A DNA stretch of 63,901 nt, counting the filler, from Collodictyon triciliatum (lineage: Eukaryota): assembly GCA_043381765.1 (NCBI GenBank). It is 5 parts of 4 records of this genome, joined end to end, with 100 filler letters (N's around TTAATTAATTAA, not from the genome) between each part and the next. Parts side by side here need not be neighbours in the genome. Positions count along the whole stretch, not along the records: positions 44,332 to 55,181 come from JBHJMP010000362.1; positions 55,282 to 63,901 come from JBHJMP010000364.1; 3 more parts are not named here. One strand, 5' to 3'. The notes under the pieces were generated by a model. That model was given only the letters and a program-made list of their open reading frames with translations, was not told where the DNA came from and made no database searches. Of the stretch, positions 53,901-63,901 are shown piece after piece. Numbering within the stretch: the first letter of the stretch is position 1; each line of letters starts with the position of its first letter. A program made the translations under genes and the position numbers.

Positions 53901-54290
53901 AGAGTTTGATGCCTGGAGCTTCGTATTTGACCCATATGCGCGCATATGAAAGGTGGTTGATTTCACGGAAGCTTTTGAGATATCCTCCTCTGGGTAATTG
54001 ATTTTCGGTATTATTTGGGACGGATTCAATCCAACAGGCTGTTGTTGCTCATATGTATCGGCAGTAATGAATGTGGTGTCTGCAGCGTTAGAGGTAGCCA
54101 GAGCAGACACCAGTGATGATTTTTTGGGCGCACCCATCAGAAACTTGAGCAACTTGGCCCACTCGGCAATGAAAGTTTGTCGCGAGTGCTTAGGGAGATG
54201 CTCTAGCTGAGCGGCAAACTCAGCACAAGATATTCTCCCGGTGAAGAGATCGTCGAGAAGGCTTGGGCTGTATGAGATAGCCTGCTGCAT
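46876..54290 (-). CDS. Class I 3',5'-cyclic nucleotide phosphodiesterase with GAF-GAF-GAF-PAS regulatory region, multi-exon
   Basis: Catalytic motifs [34 protein letters not shown] and HAADLSNP. Three GAF domains ([51 protein letters not shown]; a repeat of the latter). A PAS-like segment ([15 protein letters not shown]...GVLLVLDDI). Stop TAG at 46876. The start at 54290 is tentative. Confidence 0.9.
47013..47110. repeat. Intronic (GTT)n microsatellite
   Basis: Directly visible in the last PDE intron. Confidence 0.95.
50621..50901. repeat. Two intronic (CA)n microsatellites around an N gap
   Basis: Directly visible. Confidence 0.95.
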
Positions 54291-54944
54291 TTTCTAGAAT
54301 GTGGGTCCAGAAGGCTTGGTTATTCGACCTTTTCTTGGTGTTTGTAATGGTATGTGACGGAATTGTATGTCAGCAGCACCCGGCCGCGTAGATGGGAAGT
54401 CAGAGCCAGCACTGTGCACAGCTGAGTTGGGAGGGTGGGAGACAAACCATGATGGAGCGCTTCAGACTGATGCGTGCTTGTCTGATCTGCCCCGCCGGCC
54501 TCTGGCTGCCCTGTGAGTCGGAGGAATCGGGGGATTAGCGCCCTGCGCGGAACCGGCGGGTCGGGACGGTCTGCCTTGCCGGAAAGCGAGAGGAAAGCAG
54601 GGCCGGGAAAGCGATTGATGGGAAGAGAAGGTAGCACTACCGCTCTGGCTGTGGCGTGTGCGGGCGGCACTTCGTCCCCGCTGCTCGTGTACTCTGCGTC
54701 CGTTGTGTTCTGGTGGAAACACGCGGTTAGTTTGCGTCTTCGCCTGTGGCCCGGTTTCCATCTGCTCCGTGCAAGGAGTCGCGTACCTCGGACGTCGTGG
54801 TCGGGGCGGAGGCTGCCGCTGCGGTTGTGACTGCGGCTTTGGCTTTGGCGCGTGGGCGCAGTGCTTTGCTGCGGAACATCCTCCCAGTTGTCCTGGGCAA
54901 TGCCTCCCTCCAGGTATTGGGTGGATCTGGCTGTCCGGTTATGC

Positions 54945-55342
54945 TCCTTTCTTTCTCTTTCTCTTTCTCTTTCTCTTTCTCTTTCTCTTTCTCTTTCTCT
55001 TTCTCTTTCTCTTTCTCTTTCTCTTTCTCTTTTTTTTTTCTCTTTCTTTTTCTCTTTCTTTTTCTCTTTCTTTTTCTCTTTCTTTCTCTTTCTCTTTCTC
55101 TTTCTCTTTCTCTTTCTCTTTCTCTTTCTCTTTCTCTTTCTCTTTCTCTTTCTCTTTCTCTTTCTCTTTCTCTTTCTCTTTNNNNNNNNNNNNNNNNNNN
55201 NNNNNNNNNNNNNNNNNNNNNNNNNTTAATTAATTAANNNNNNNNNNNNNNNNNNNNNNNNNNNNNNNNNNNNNNNNNNNNTCTTTCTTTCTTTCTTTCT
55301 TTTCTTTCTTTTCTTTCTTTTCTTTCTTTTCTTTCTTTCTTT

Positions 55343-55407
<65 letters not shown>

Positions 55408-56008
55408 TTATCTCTTCCTCATATAATTTTCTAATAGTTATATTATCATAGATTATACTCGATTTTTTGAATAATGACGATACTGGTCTACCAAAGTCAT
55501 ACGCAGAAAACGTATTTCAGTCAATATATATCTCCATTTAACGGAATATCACACATCTGCGCAATTTGTTGCAAACAAAGCCGAAACCCGACGTGCATAA
55601 CCCTTTACTTCTACCGTTAGTTCATCTCTGCGCTTCAGGGCATATGCGACGAGAAAGGGCGAACCCGTATGAATCCTATTTTCATCGTAGCTTTTTCATG
55701 CATATGAATATGGAAATGACGTCTGCTGCGTGTTCCGGTTTTTTTGGAGATTTTTTTAGAGCTTTGCTCAGAAAAGAAAAGAAAAAAGAGGAAAGAAAAA
55801 TTGCATTCGGTATGCAAATATCTATCGCCACGGATTCACCTGAATGTCATCAAACAGTCTCCAAGGAATCCAAAGACCGAAAGTATCTCAAGCAGCTTGT
55901 GAGGGCAATGCCCATCAGAACAAATTCAAACTTCTCGTAAATAAACTCTCCTGTCAGCTTCAACCTTTTCTCTTCCTTTTTTCTTTTTCTCTTTTCTCTT
56001 TTCTCTTC

Positions 56009-56073
<65 letters not shown>

Positions 56074-56680
56074 CTCTCTTTTCTCTCTCTCTCTCTTTTC
56101 TCTCTTTTCTCTCTCTCTCTCTCTCTCTCTCTTTTTCTCTTTNTCTCTGGAGGTTAATAAAAAAAAAAAAAAGCCACGAAGCTGGTACACGTAGCAATCA
56201 TGCCTTTTATATCCACCTCTAGTGTGGTCTCTTTGTCCTTTGAATCTCGTCTGTCGCTCGATCATACAAAGCAGCTTGAGCAGACGCCTTGATTGTTTTT
56301 TGTTTTCATTTTTCCTTTTTCACTTTTTTCTTTCTTTCTTTTCTTTCTTTCTTTTCTTCTTTTCTTCTTTTATTCTTTTCTTCTTTTCTTCTTTTCTTCT
56401 TTTCTTCTTTTCTTCTTTTCTTCTTTTCTTCTTTTCTTCTTTTCTTTTTTCCTTCTTTTCTTTCTTTCTCTCTTTCTGTTTTTTCTGTTTTTTGTTTTCT
56501 TCTTTTCTTTTTTCTTACTTTCTTTTCTTTCCTTCTTTCCTTCTTTTCTTTTTCCTTTTTCTTTTTTTTCTTTTTTCTTTTTTCTTTTTTCATCCTTTTT
56601 CTTTTTCTTTTTCTTCTTTTCTTTTTCTTCTTTTCTTTTTCTTCTTTTCTTTTTCTTCTTTTCTTTTTCTTCTTTTCTTT
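54945..56680. repeat. Polypyrimidine simple-repeat blocks (CTCTTT)n, (CTTT)n, (CT)n and (TTTTCTTC)n between the divergent PDE and UTP18 genes; includes the linker at 55182-55281
   Basis: Directly visible; all pyrimidine tracts are on the + strand. Confidence 0.9.
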
Positions 56681-56867
56681 TACTCGCAGACTACTTCGCT
56701 ACGGCTTGAGTGGAAAGGAACAAAGTATCCTCTCAAACACCACAAAGCGCCCCTCCCATACGACAGAAGGCGCGATTCTGGCTTGACAAACACTTTTGCT
56801 CACAAACAAAACTTAACCAAAAAAAGAGGGAGTCAAGGGCAATATAACTATACACAGCGTTGCAACA

Positions 56868-59800
56868 ATGCCGCGTCCCAAAGTACAAAAGCCACCGAAA
56901 GAAGAGCCATCCAGGACGGGCGAACAAATGGACCCCAAGCTGAGCAAAAGCACTTCAGAAGAGGCCAACGAGCTCCTCTTTTTCGTTTCACGCACCGGAG
57001 ACGATGCTTTGGTCCACGCGGTGGAGGCGGACGAATCAGAGCCGCAAGACAAACTCGAAAGAAGAACCGGTGCAAGTCCGATGTCAAAGAAGACGGGAAA
57101 GCGCCTGAACAAGCGATCGAGCGAAGCGCTTTCTGGCTCAAAGACTTCTGTTGTGAAGAAGAGAGCATCTGCTGTGCATTCTGCTGTCAAGACGGAGAAC
57201 CCCCCGACCAACGAGAGCAGTCAGACGAAGGGAACCACAAAAACAGAGCAGAGAGGCTGGGATGAGGAGGATGAGGAGGGCAAGCAGAATAGTGTGGCTT
57301 TCGAGACACTAAGTCACAAAGGGCCCGGGCAAAAAGAAAAGTCTCGCTTTGAGAGAGGTAAAAAGGGAAAGCATGCTCATGTGGAAGACGACGATGACGA
57401 TGACAGCGTTGAAGAAAATGGTTTCTATTAATTTCATGTGTGTTTATTGTGCTATTATTATTACTATTATTATTACTATTATTATTACTATTATTATTAC
57501 TATTATTATTACTATTATTATTACTATTATTATTACTATTATTATTACTATTATTATTACTATTATTANNNNNNNNNNNNNNNNNNNNNNNNNNNNNNNN
57601 NNNNNNNNNNNNNNNNNNNNNNNNNNNNNNNNNNNNNNNNNNNNNNNNNNNNNNNNNNNNNNNNNNNNGTTTTATCAGTTTTATCAGTTTTATCAGTTTT
57701 ATCAGTTTTATCAGTTTTATCAGTTTTATCAGTTTTATCAGTTTTATCAGTTTTATCAGTTTTATCAGGGTTGCATAAGAGTAAGGGGTTAAAACTATCC
57801 TATTCAATACACTAATTATTCTGAGCTCATATTATGCCCAGAAAGAAAACCTGCGTGGGTGGACGAGGATGATGAGAGCATGGTCATCTATATGAAAGGA
57901 CAGCATATTGTTAAGCAAAATCGTTCGACCAGGAACGGAAATGTGACTGCCATCACAGCAGGACAATATATACAGCAGCTTCGCGAAAAGTAATCACTTT
58001 GGTGATAAGCAATTATTAATATATAAATGGATGTTGAATGTAAAAGCAATATACAATACACTTTTTTGAATATGTATAATTGTTGTGAAGGTTTACTGAG
58101 GCAAATCCTGAGACCTCCTGGGCTGAAATAGACCACGAAAGTTTGTGTAAATCATCAGTTTAAAATTATTATCTATTCAATTAGAATGTTGTATGTGTGT
58201 TTTTGTTTCATGAGGAAAGCTTTCAGTGACGGTTCCTTTTATGTATGTATACTTTAAGGTGATGATGTGGATGAAGAAAGTGATGATGATCAAGATGAAG
58301 GTGAAGGTGGGAATGACGAAGGAGAAGAGGGAACATCGGATGCCACTACTAATGCATCTGAGAAGCACAAACGTCGTGAAGGAAAAAGAAATGGTAAACA
58401 AAAGGAAGAAAGTGAATTGCAAAAGCTCTTGCATAAAAATTCTGGTTTCATCGAAAAGCAGCGCACAAAACTAGCTAGTAAAACGATTGCAGCCATTCGA
58501 ATTCCTGATGCAAACTGCTCCGATCCATTTCGTGTACTATTTAGTTGTCAATCGAACTTTTTGAAGGCCAAATTCATTATTTCATCGATTTTATCTTGTT
58601 GCCAATCACTTGTCGCTGCTGCGCTCACGAATTCATGCAAATAACTTACCCCCTTTCTTTTTTTTTAATATATATATTCTAACATTTATTGTTTGCTGCA
58701 ATTTTCCTAGTCATGCGTTATTTCACTTATATTCCACCCGACACTGCCCATCCTATTTTCCCTCTCATATGATGGTTTTTTGCGGCTGTATCAAGTAAAA
58801 GATTGTAATTAAAATTTGTGATAATATCTTTTATGTACAGATTTACACAACTCTAGCATTCCTCCTGAAAAGCAACAACAGTGAATCAGTGTAATAATTC
58901 CTCAATATGTTAATATTTTAGATTGATGGGAGAAAAAATCCTAGAATTCACCATATGTGCTTCCAGAAAGATGTCCCGCATAAAGGAATATTGTCTTCGG
59001 ATGGCTCTGAGGTAAGGACATGTGGTATAAATTTTTATTTTTGTGTATGATGATTATTCCTAAACACTTCTTTGTTTGGGTGGTCTATTAGCTTTTTATC
59101 ACCTGCAGAAAACAATACTTCTACTCGTACACGCTAGATGGAGGACAATTCGTTTGCTTCAATTTACCAAGTAGTTTATTGCATGATATATGTGAATCCA
59201 CAAAAATCTCCCATCTCCCAACAAGTCTATTTTTTTCTCTGGTTGATAAAGAAGAAAGAATAAAAGATAATACAAATGCAATCAATAGGCAATAATAAAA
59301 TTATTCAATCTTAAATAGTTGGCAAAGAAGAATTACTTACCGAGTTTGCTGTCTCCCCTGATGGAAAAGTATGAGTTTCGACAAACATATGGAATCATTC
59401 TTACTTTTATTTGCTATATATTATTTTTACACAAACACTTTTTTTTTAAAAAAAAAATATCCTTTGTATTGATAATTCTATTAGTATTGGTGTAATTTTA
59501 CACAATCCAGGCATTTTTTTGATTTCTTTTCAGAGTACATAATATATAATCTTTTCTGTGTTATTTAGATGCTTGTCTTTGCCTTACAATACGGCGTACT
59601 CTTGTTTGTCTCCACAAAGACCAAGAAGGTCATCAAACAAGTCAAAATGAACGGTGATGTCACGAGTATGGTTTTCAGCCACGACGGGAGATTCTTCTAC
59701 AGTGGCGGTGAATCTTGAACAACGACTTGCTTTTCCTTTTGATTGATGAATATGGACTCCGCGCATTCAATTTATTCCACACCATTTCACCCCACCTGCA

Positions 59801-59980
59801 TTCGTGACAGCAATCACTAGACAGCGAGGCTTTCTGTGACTTACTTATGTTCTGCTCCGACTGTGTAGGTTATGGCCAGATTTTCAAGTGGGATATGCAA
59901 ACATTCCGCTGTGTCTGTATGATTACGGACCAAGGTATGCACCCATTGTCTTGATCGCATTATCACAATTATAATTCAGC

Positions 59981-60027
<47 letters not shown>

Positions 60028-60640
60028 GGCTCCATCGACATATGCCAAATGGCTGTATCCCGCGACGGGAGATACTTTGTCACTGGCTCGACCAGCGGGA
60101 TTGTGAATATATACAGCGGAAGCCACGTACGTAGCGCAATCTGAGAGAAGACGTGTGCCACTCAATATCTGCCCGCCTCTTCTCTCATACAACAAATATA
60201 TATGCACGCACATGCACACGCACGTGTAGTTCACCAGCAGCGATTCCAACGTGCCGCATCTCAGCCCAACGCCCATCAAAGTGATTGAAACGCTGGTCAC
60301 CAAGGTCACGGGTCTTGTCTTCAACCACGACACGCAGCTGCTCGCCATATTCAGCTCGCAGAAGCCTCAGGCCTTGGGACTGGTGCGTAGAGAGAGCAGG
60401 CCATCTTGAATGAAGCCCTCATCAATCAATCAATCACTCACTCAACCAATCAACCAATCAATCAACCGATCACAGATCCACATGGAGTCCCTGACGCCCT
60501 ACACCGACCTCCGCTCACGCTTCATCAATATGGGCAACATCACAAGCATTGCCTTCAGCGCAAACAGCGGGTACATCGGCTTCTCATCCTCCAAAGGCAT
60601 GCTCCCTCTATACCGCCTCAAGCACTACAGCAAAATATAA
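56868..60640 (+). CDS. UTP18: UTP18, U3 snoRNA-associated WD40 protein of the SSU processome, multi-exon
   Basis: Acidic N-terminus with LLFFV and KPAWVDEDDE; ETSWAE; Q|IDGRKNPRI; TGSTSGIVNIY; FNHDTQLLAIFS; C-terminus FSANSGYIGFSSSKGMLPLYRLKHY, matching the UTP18 signature (FSP.SGY....N..G...LYRL.HY). Confidence 0.9.
57452..57767. repeat. Intronic (TATTATTATTAC)n and (GTTTTATCA)n tandem repeats around an N gap
   Basis: Directly visible in UTP18 intron 1. Confidence 0.9.
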
Positions 60641-60869
60641 TTAAAGAAAACGAGCAGACGCCTCTTCGCCCTCAACCAAACCAAACTCAGCTGGTGAGAG
60701 GCGGGCCTCGGCATTCCTCGCAGGCGGCATTCCGTAGAAGGCGGTACGTACATGCGTGCCTGCATTTATGAGGGGGGATTGCTCGCGTCGAACCGCGGAG
60801 GGCACGGGTGCGTGGCAGTGGCAGTGGCAGTGGGTTCCTGGGCAGGTGCAGCACAGTCTATCGGGTTCT

Positions 60870-63742
60870 CTATGGGTGGTTTGCAGCGACGTAGGTGGCA
60901 GCATACTTGAGTCCGTTCCACAGTTCCTCGCCCTGCGGGGTGGTTGTGTTTGGTTGTGTTTGGTTGTGTTTGGTTGTGTTTGGTTGTGTTTGGTTGTGTT
61001 TGGCTGTGTTTGGAAGGAAAGGGACAGCTGGGCATTGTGCAATGGCCATCGGCATGAGATAAGAGAGGGCGTGTATCCTGTCTCCGCTCAGCTTCTCACC
61101 TGCGGGATAATCTGGTTCTCGGGGAGGACGAAGCCGTAGCGACCCTCGTCACGGAGCTCGAAGCAGTAGCCCCACGTGTCTCCCTTTGTGACCTCGTACA
61201 TCCAGTCCTCTGTGGCCCCGGCAGCCGGGTAGAGCTCCACAGAGCGTTGGCTGACGTAGGTGAGGCCGTTCACCTGCAGGGCAGAGTGTGAGTGTCCCGG
61301 AACCGTGTCTTTGATGGCGAACCGACCATTGCGATGTGCGTGCGGGTGAGTGACTCCATCGCAAGACTCGGTGTGGCCGAGACGAGGAGGTCATTGAGGG
61401 GCGAGAGTGTGAGATAGGAGCCTACCTCTTTGATCTTTGCCGCAACGCCGTCGCCAAGGGCCTTCAGGGTGCTTTCGTTCGGTGTCAAGCGGTTGGTGTA
61501 ACCTATGCAGAGGCGTGGGTGCTGTTGGTAAGCAGCCGATTCGGTTCTTCTTTTTTTTTTTTCTTTATGTGATTTGAATCTTCAATCAAGGTGGGTGTGT
61601 AAATGGAAGTGATGATGATGACGATGTCGTACCATATGGGCGCAGAACGTACTGTCCATAAGCATGGAAATCGACGGCAAACTTGACGTTTCCAACAGCA
61701 AGGAAGTAGTTGCTGGATGCCTAGAAGTAAATGCGTAGTTAATGTTTCGTGAGTAAAAAAATCAAGAGGATTTGTGCAGTCTACAGAATAAAATCTTTGA
61801 TAGAAAAAGAAAGGCTTATGTGAAATATAAACACAAACAATAGTCTCAGGCTCCGAGAATGCCTTTGTTCCGTGGTAGACATCACTGCATGGAAGGCTAG
61901 CAGAAAGTAATGAAATAGTTATAATCACAATGAAATATACTGGAGTGAGGAATCAAAAAGAGGAGCTGCCGAAGGAGCGATTCTGCTTACTTGCTCGATC
62001 CGGTGGAGGCCCATGCGGAATCTACATTAGACATATCTTAGAGTACATGTTTGCTAAAGCTCTAATATTGACCAAAGTATTTTCATGGCTATTCTGCGTA
62101 AATAAATGAAAGGAAAAAAGCATAGGATAGAACAAGATACGAACGCACCCCAGTTACGGTTAAGGTCAACTCCAACGCAGTTGCTTCCAGTGTTCTTGCG
62201 ACGATTCTTGCGCCACTATGGATAGCGAGTGATATGATAAGCAGATTGTTTGCATGTACAACTTGATTGGATGGGAACGGGATTATCAGAGTACTAACCA
62301 AGCGGTCGTTGGTCCAGGTGTACTCATAGCTATCGTAAGGGTATGTAAGACGGTTTTCCATATGAAAGGACATGAGAGTCATAAGTGCGGTTATGCAGAA
62401 AGCAGTTTTTACCCGTCAGGGTTGACAACAGGGATGATGACAACTTCGAAGGTGTCGAGGATGGTGGTGGCAGAGTTGTCTGAGCCGTAACCCTGAACAA
62501 GCTTTGTGTACTGATAGGCAAGAGCAGCAGGGCTGATGCGCTCGCGAGCGTGGATGCCTCTGTAAGAAAAAAAAACAATTAAAACAGCAGCTCACTCAGC
62601 ATAGAAGAAAAAGCATATTATTTAAAAGGAGGCTGGGGTGCTTTGTTATGACACATTCATTTCAAAGGGAAAGTAAAACAGTCCCAGTGGGTAAATAGAA
62701 GAACTGCAGAATAAACACTTGCCCTTGCCAGTAGATCTTCTTCGCTCCGGTGGCCTTTCCCTTCACGCGAACGGCAGCAATATCGCGCCCTTCGATGGAC
62801 TTTCCGATAGAAGGAACAAAGGTGACAAGGTTGCGGTAAGTGGCAGCGAGATCCTTGTAGTACTGGACGATCGCGTCATAGCGGTGGTACGTTTGGAACC
62901 AGGCGTTGGTCTTTGGATATATATATGGGTTGAAGTTGAGGTTGAGTGTTACTTGGGCTGGCAGCTTCATAGTGTGTCTGCGAGCCTCCTGCTCTTGGAC
63001 TTGACTGAGATGCAATTATTAAAGGAATAACAAGTAACTATCTGTTTGAAGACAAACGGTGTTGGAAGAGTCACTCGAGACAGAGGACGAGATTTCACTG
63101 TCGATCAGGGCCTGAATATCGTCGATGTAGACGCCAAACGAGAAGCCGTTCTCTTGAAGGACCTGCGCTCAGGTAAGAGAAGGGATTATTTAGGGGCGCA
63201 AAAGCGACTGCAGAGTGGCAAGCAGGAACAACTCTGATAAAGAGCTCATGGGACAACCGAGTCCCTCTCCCTTCAGAAAGGCATACATAACCGAACAGGG
63301 CTGAGTATAGACCAGACACGAATAAGCATAAAACATGGCAAAAGAGCTTTTAAAAAGAATATATATTTTTTAATAAAGTAAAGTAAAATAATAAAATAAT
63401 AAATAAATAAAAGGGTAGGGTGAGAAACCCCGCAGGCCAAGAGACACTGAAGGGATATGAAAGGGAACTGACCAGAGCCTGGGCCGGAGTCACGCGCACG
63501 TCTACTGTGGCTTCGCTCTCGCTCCAGATGTCGAGGCCGAGCTTGTCGGTGAGGGCGCGGAAGGCAGCGAGGCGATCCTGGTCGGCGGCAGACAGATCCA
63601 CACGGACGACTTTCTGGCCGGCGTAGTTTGCGGCCGGCTGCGCGGCATCGACCACGACGCTCGAGAGCGGCAGGGCGAGAGTTGCAGGTACGAGCACAAA
63701 GGCAACGGCGATGGAAACGGCAACGAGGAGGGAGAGACGCAT
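60870..63742 (-). CDS. Secreted M14A zinc metallocarboxypeptidase (A/B type) with signal peptide and activation propeptide, multi-exon
   Basis: Signal [17 protein letters not shown]; propeptide [34 protein letters not shown] (Zn ligands H and E); [34 protein letters not shown] (third Zn ligand); [19 protein letters not shown] (catalytic Glu). Confidence 0.93.
60940..61012. repeat. Intronic 10-mer repeat (TGGTTGTGTT)n
   Basis: Directly visible in the last carboxypeptidase intron. Confidence 0.9.
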
Positions 63743-63773
63743 CGTGTCCTTGGTTAAGTTGGCTAAGTGTCTT

Positions 63774-63834
63774 CTTTTTTGTGTTTTTTTGTTTTTTTTT
63801 GTTTTTTTTGTTTTTTTTGTTTTTTTTTTTTTTT

Positions 63835-63901
<67 letters not shown>
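63774..63901. repeat. T-rich (GTTTTTTTTT)n/poly-T tract
   Basis: Directly visible at the window end, just upstream of the carboxypeptidase start. Confidence 0.9.

Noticed and set aside
57669-57767. Short tandem repeats as a CRISPR-like array
   Set aside because: There are no unique spacers and no cas genes; these are intronic microsatellites.

Overview
This is intron-dense, AT-rich eukaryotic (protist-like) genomic DNA using the standard genetic code. It has many microsatellites, plain N gaps, and four artificial 100-bp N44-TTAATTAATTAA-N44 linkers. I rebuilt the genes by hand by splicing exons. In order: an unresolved fragment (1-1800); a FIRRM/C1orf112 (FLIP)-like gene (+); two tandem giant single-pass receptor paralogues (-); a DIPP-type Nudix hydrolase (-); HPS1 (+); Rab34/36 (+); a GAF-GAF-GAF-PAS class I cyclic-nucleotide phosphodiesterase (-); UTP18 (+); and a secreted M14A zinc carboxypeptidase (-). 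The receptors share the layout signal peptide-[12 Kelch-CUB-Cys-rich]x2-TM-kinase-class III adenylate cyclase-kinase. The copy at 23123-37043 looks intact. The copy at 10472-22985 has stops, a frameshift and other lesions, and all those I found lie in its cytoplasmic half. The main points of interest are this receptor architecture, its possible decoy or pseudogene twin, the nearby cNMP phosphodiesterase, and a likely minor-spliceosome (U12) intron in HPS1 at what appears to be the human position. All calls come from motif recognition by eye; no searches were run and exon boundaries are approximate.
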